DNA of 58,563 nt from an uncultured Clostridia bacterium (lineage in GTDB: Bacteria > Bacillota > Clostridia > Christensenellales > UBA1242): positions 1-58,563 of the forward strand of contig CALWJU010000010.1 of assembly GCA_944381105.1 (NCBI GenBank). Reading direction: 5' to 3'. The stretch's first letter is position 1. Every line of letters begins with the position of its first letter. This document shows, piece by piece, positions 58,291 to 58,563 of the stretch. The position numbers and the translations under genes were made by a program. Below the pieces are notes generated by a model. That model was given only the letters and a program-made list of their open reading frames with translations, was not told the DNA's origin and made no database searches.

Positions 58291-58563
58291 AATCTTAAAT
58301 TCCAAACTTAACTTATAGATATAGTATAGTATATTTATTTGAAATTTGCAAGAAAAATTAGTCAAAAATATGAAAAAAATAGGTTATTTAGTCACTTACT
58401 TTTGAAACTAGCAGAATATTAAAGAGAAACATAGACAAAAAATCGTCTATGTTTCTCTTTTTACACCTAACTCTCTTAATTGCAAAAAAACGAATACTTC
58501 TGTCGTTGTCATAGGTTGTCGTGAGAAACACAACATCTACAAATCTTTTGACATGCACTTTAA

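Overview
AT-rich chromosomal segment, most likely from a spore-forming Clostridia-type Firmicute (gpr, gerW/ytfJ, dacB, mcsB-clpC, rnj). Most genes are on the minus strand. It carries about 50 CDSs (housekeeping genes, several ORFans, three very large acidic surface proteins) and one tRNA-Thr(CGT). I see no CRISPR array, phage or transposase. The main unexplained signal is a dispersed intergenic family of about 80-90 bp elements, 10 copies in two subfamilies (A and B). Each folds into a closing stem plus three hairpins (a four-way junction), with compensatory changes between copies. Nine of 10 share one orientation, A and B copies occur as doublets, one copy has long outer inverted arms, and one carries an insert flanked by a direct repeat. 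Other notable items: a 20-bp-phased array of Spo0A-box-like motifs, an unannotated 55-aa mini-McsA beside an McsB whose active-site Cys is Ser, a MerR gene with a TipA-like internal start, several apparent pseudoenzymes, and a structured leader ahead of a surface-protein pair. All calls are by eye from the sequence and ORF track; no database searches were run.
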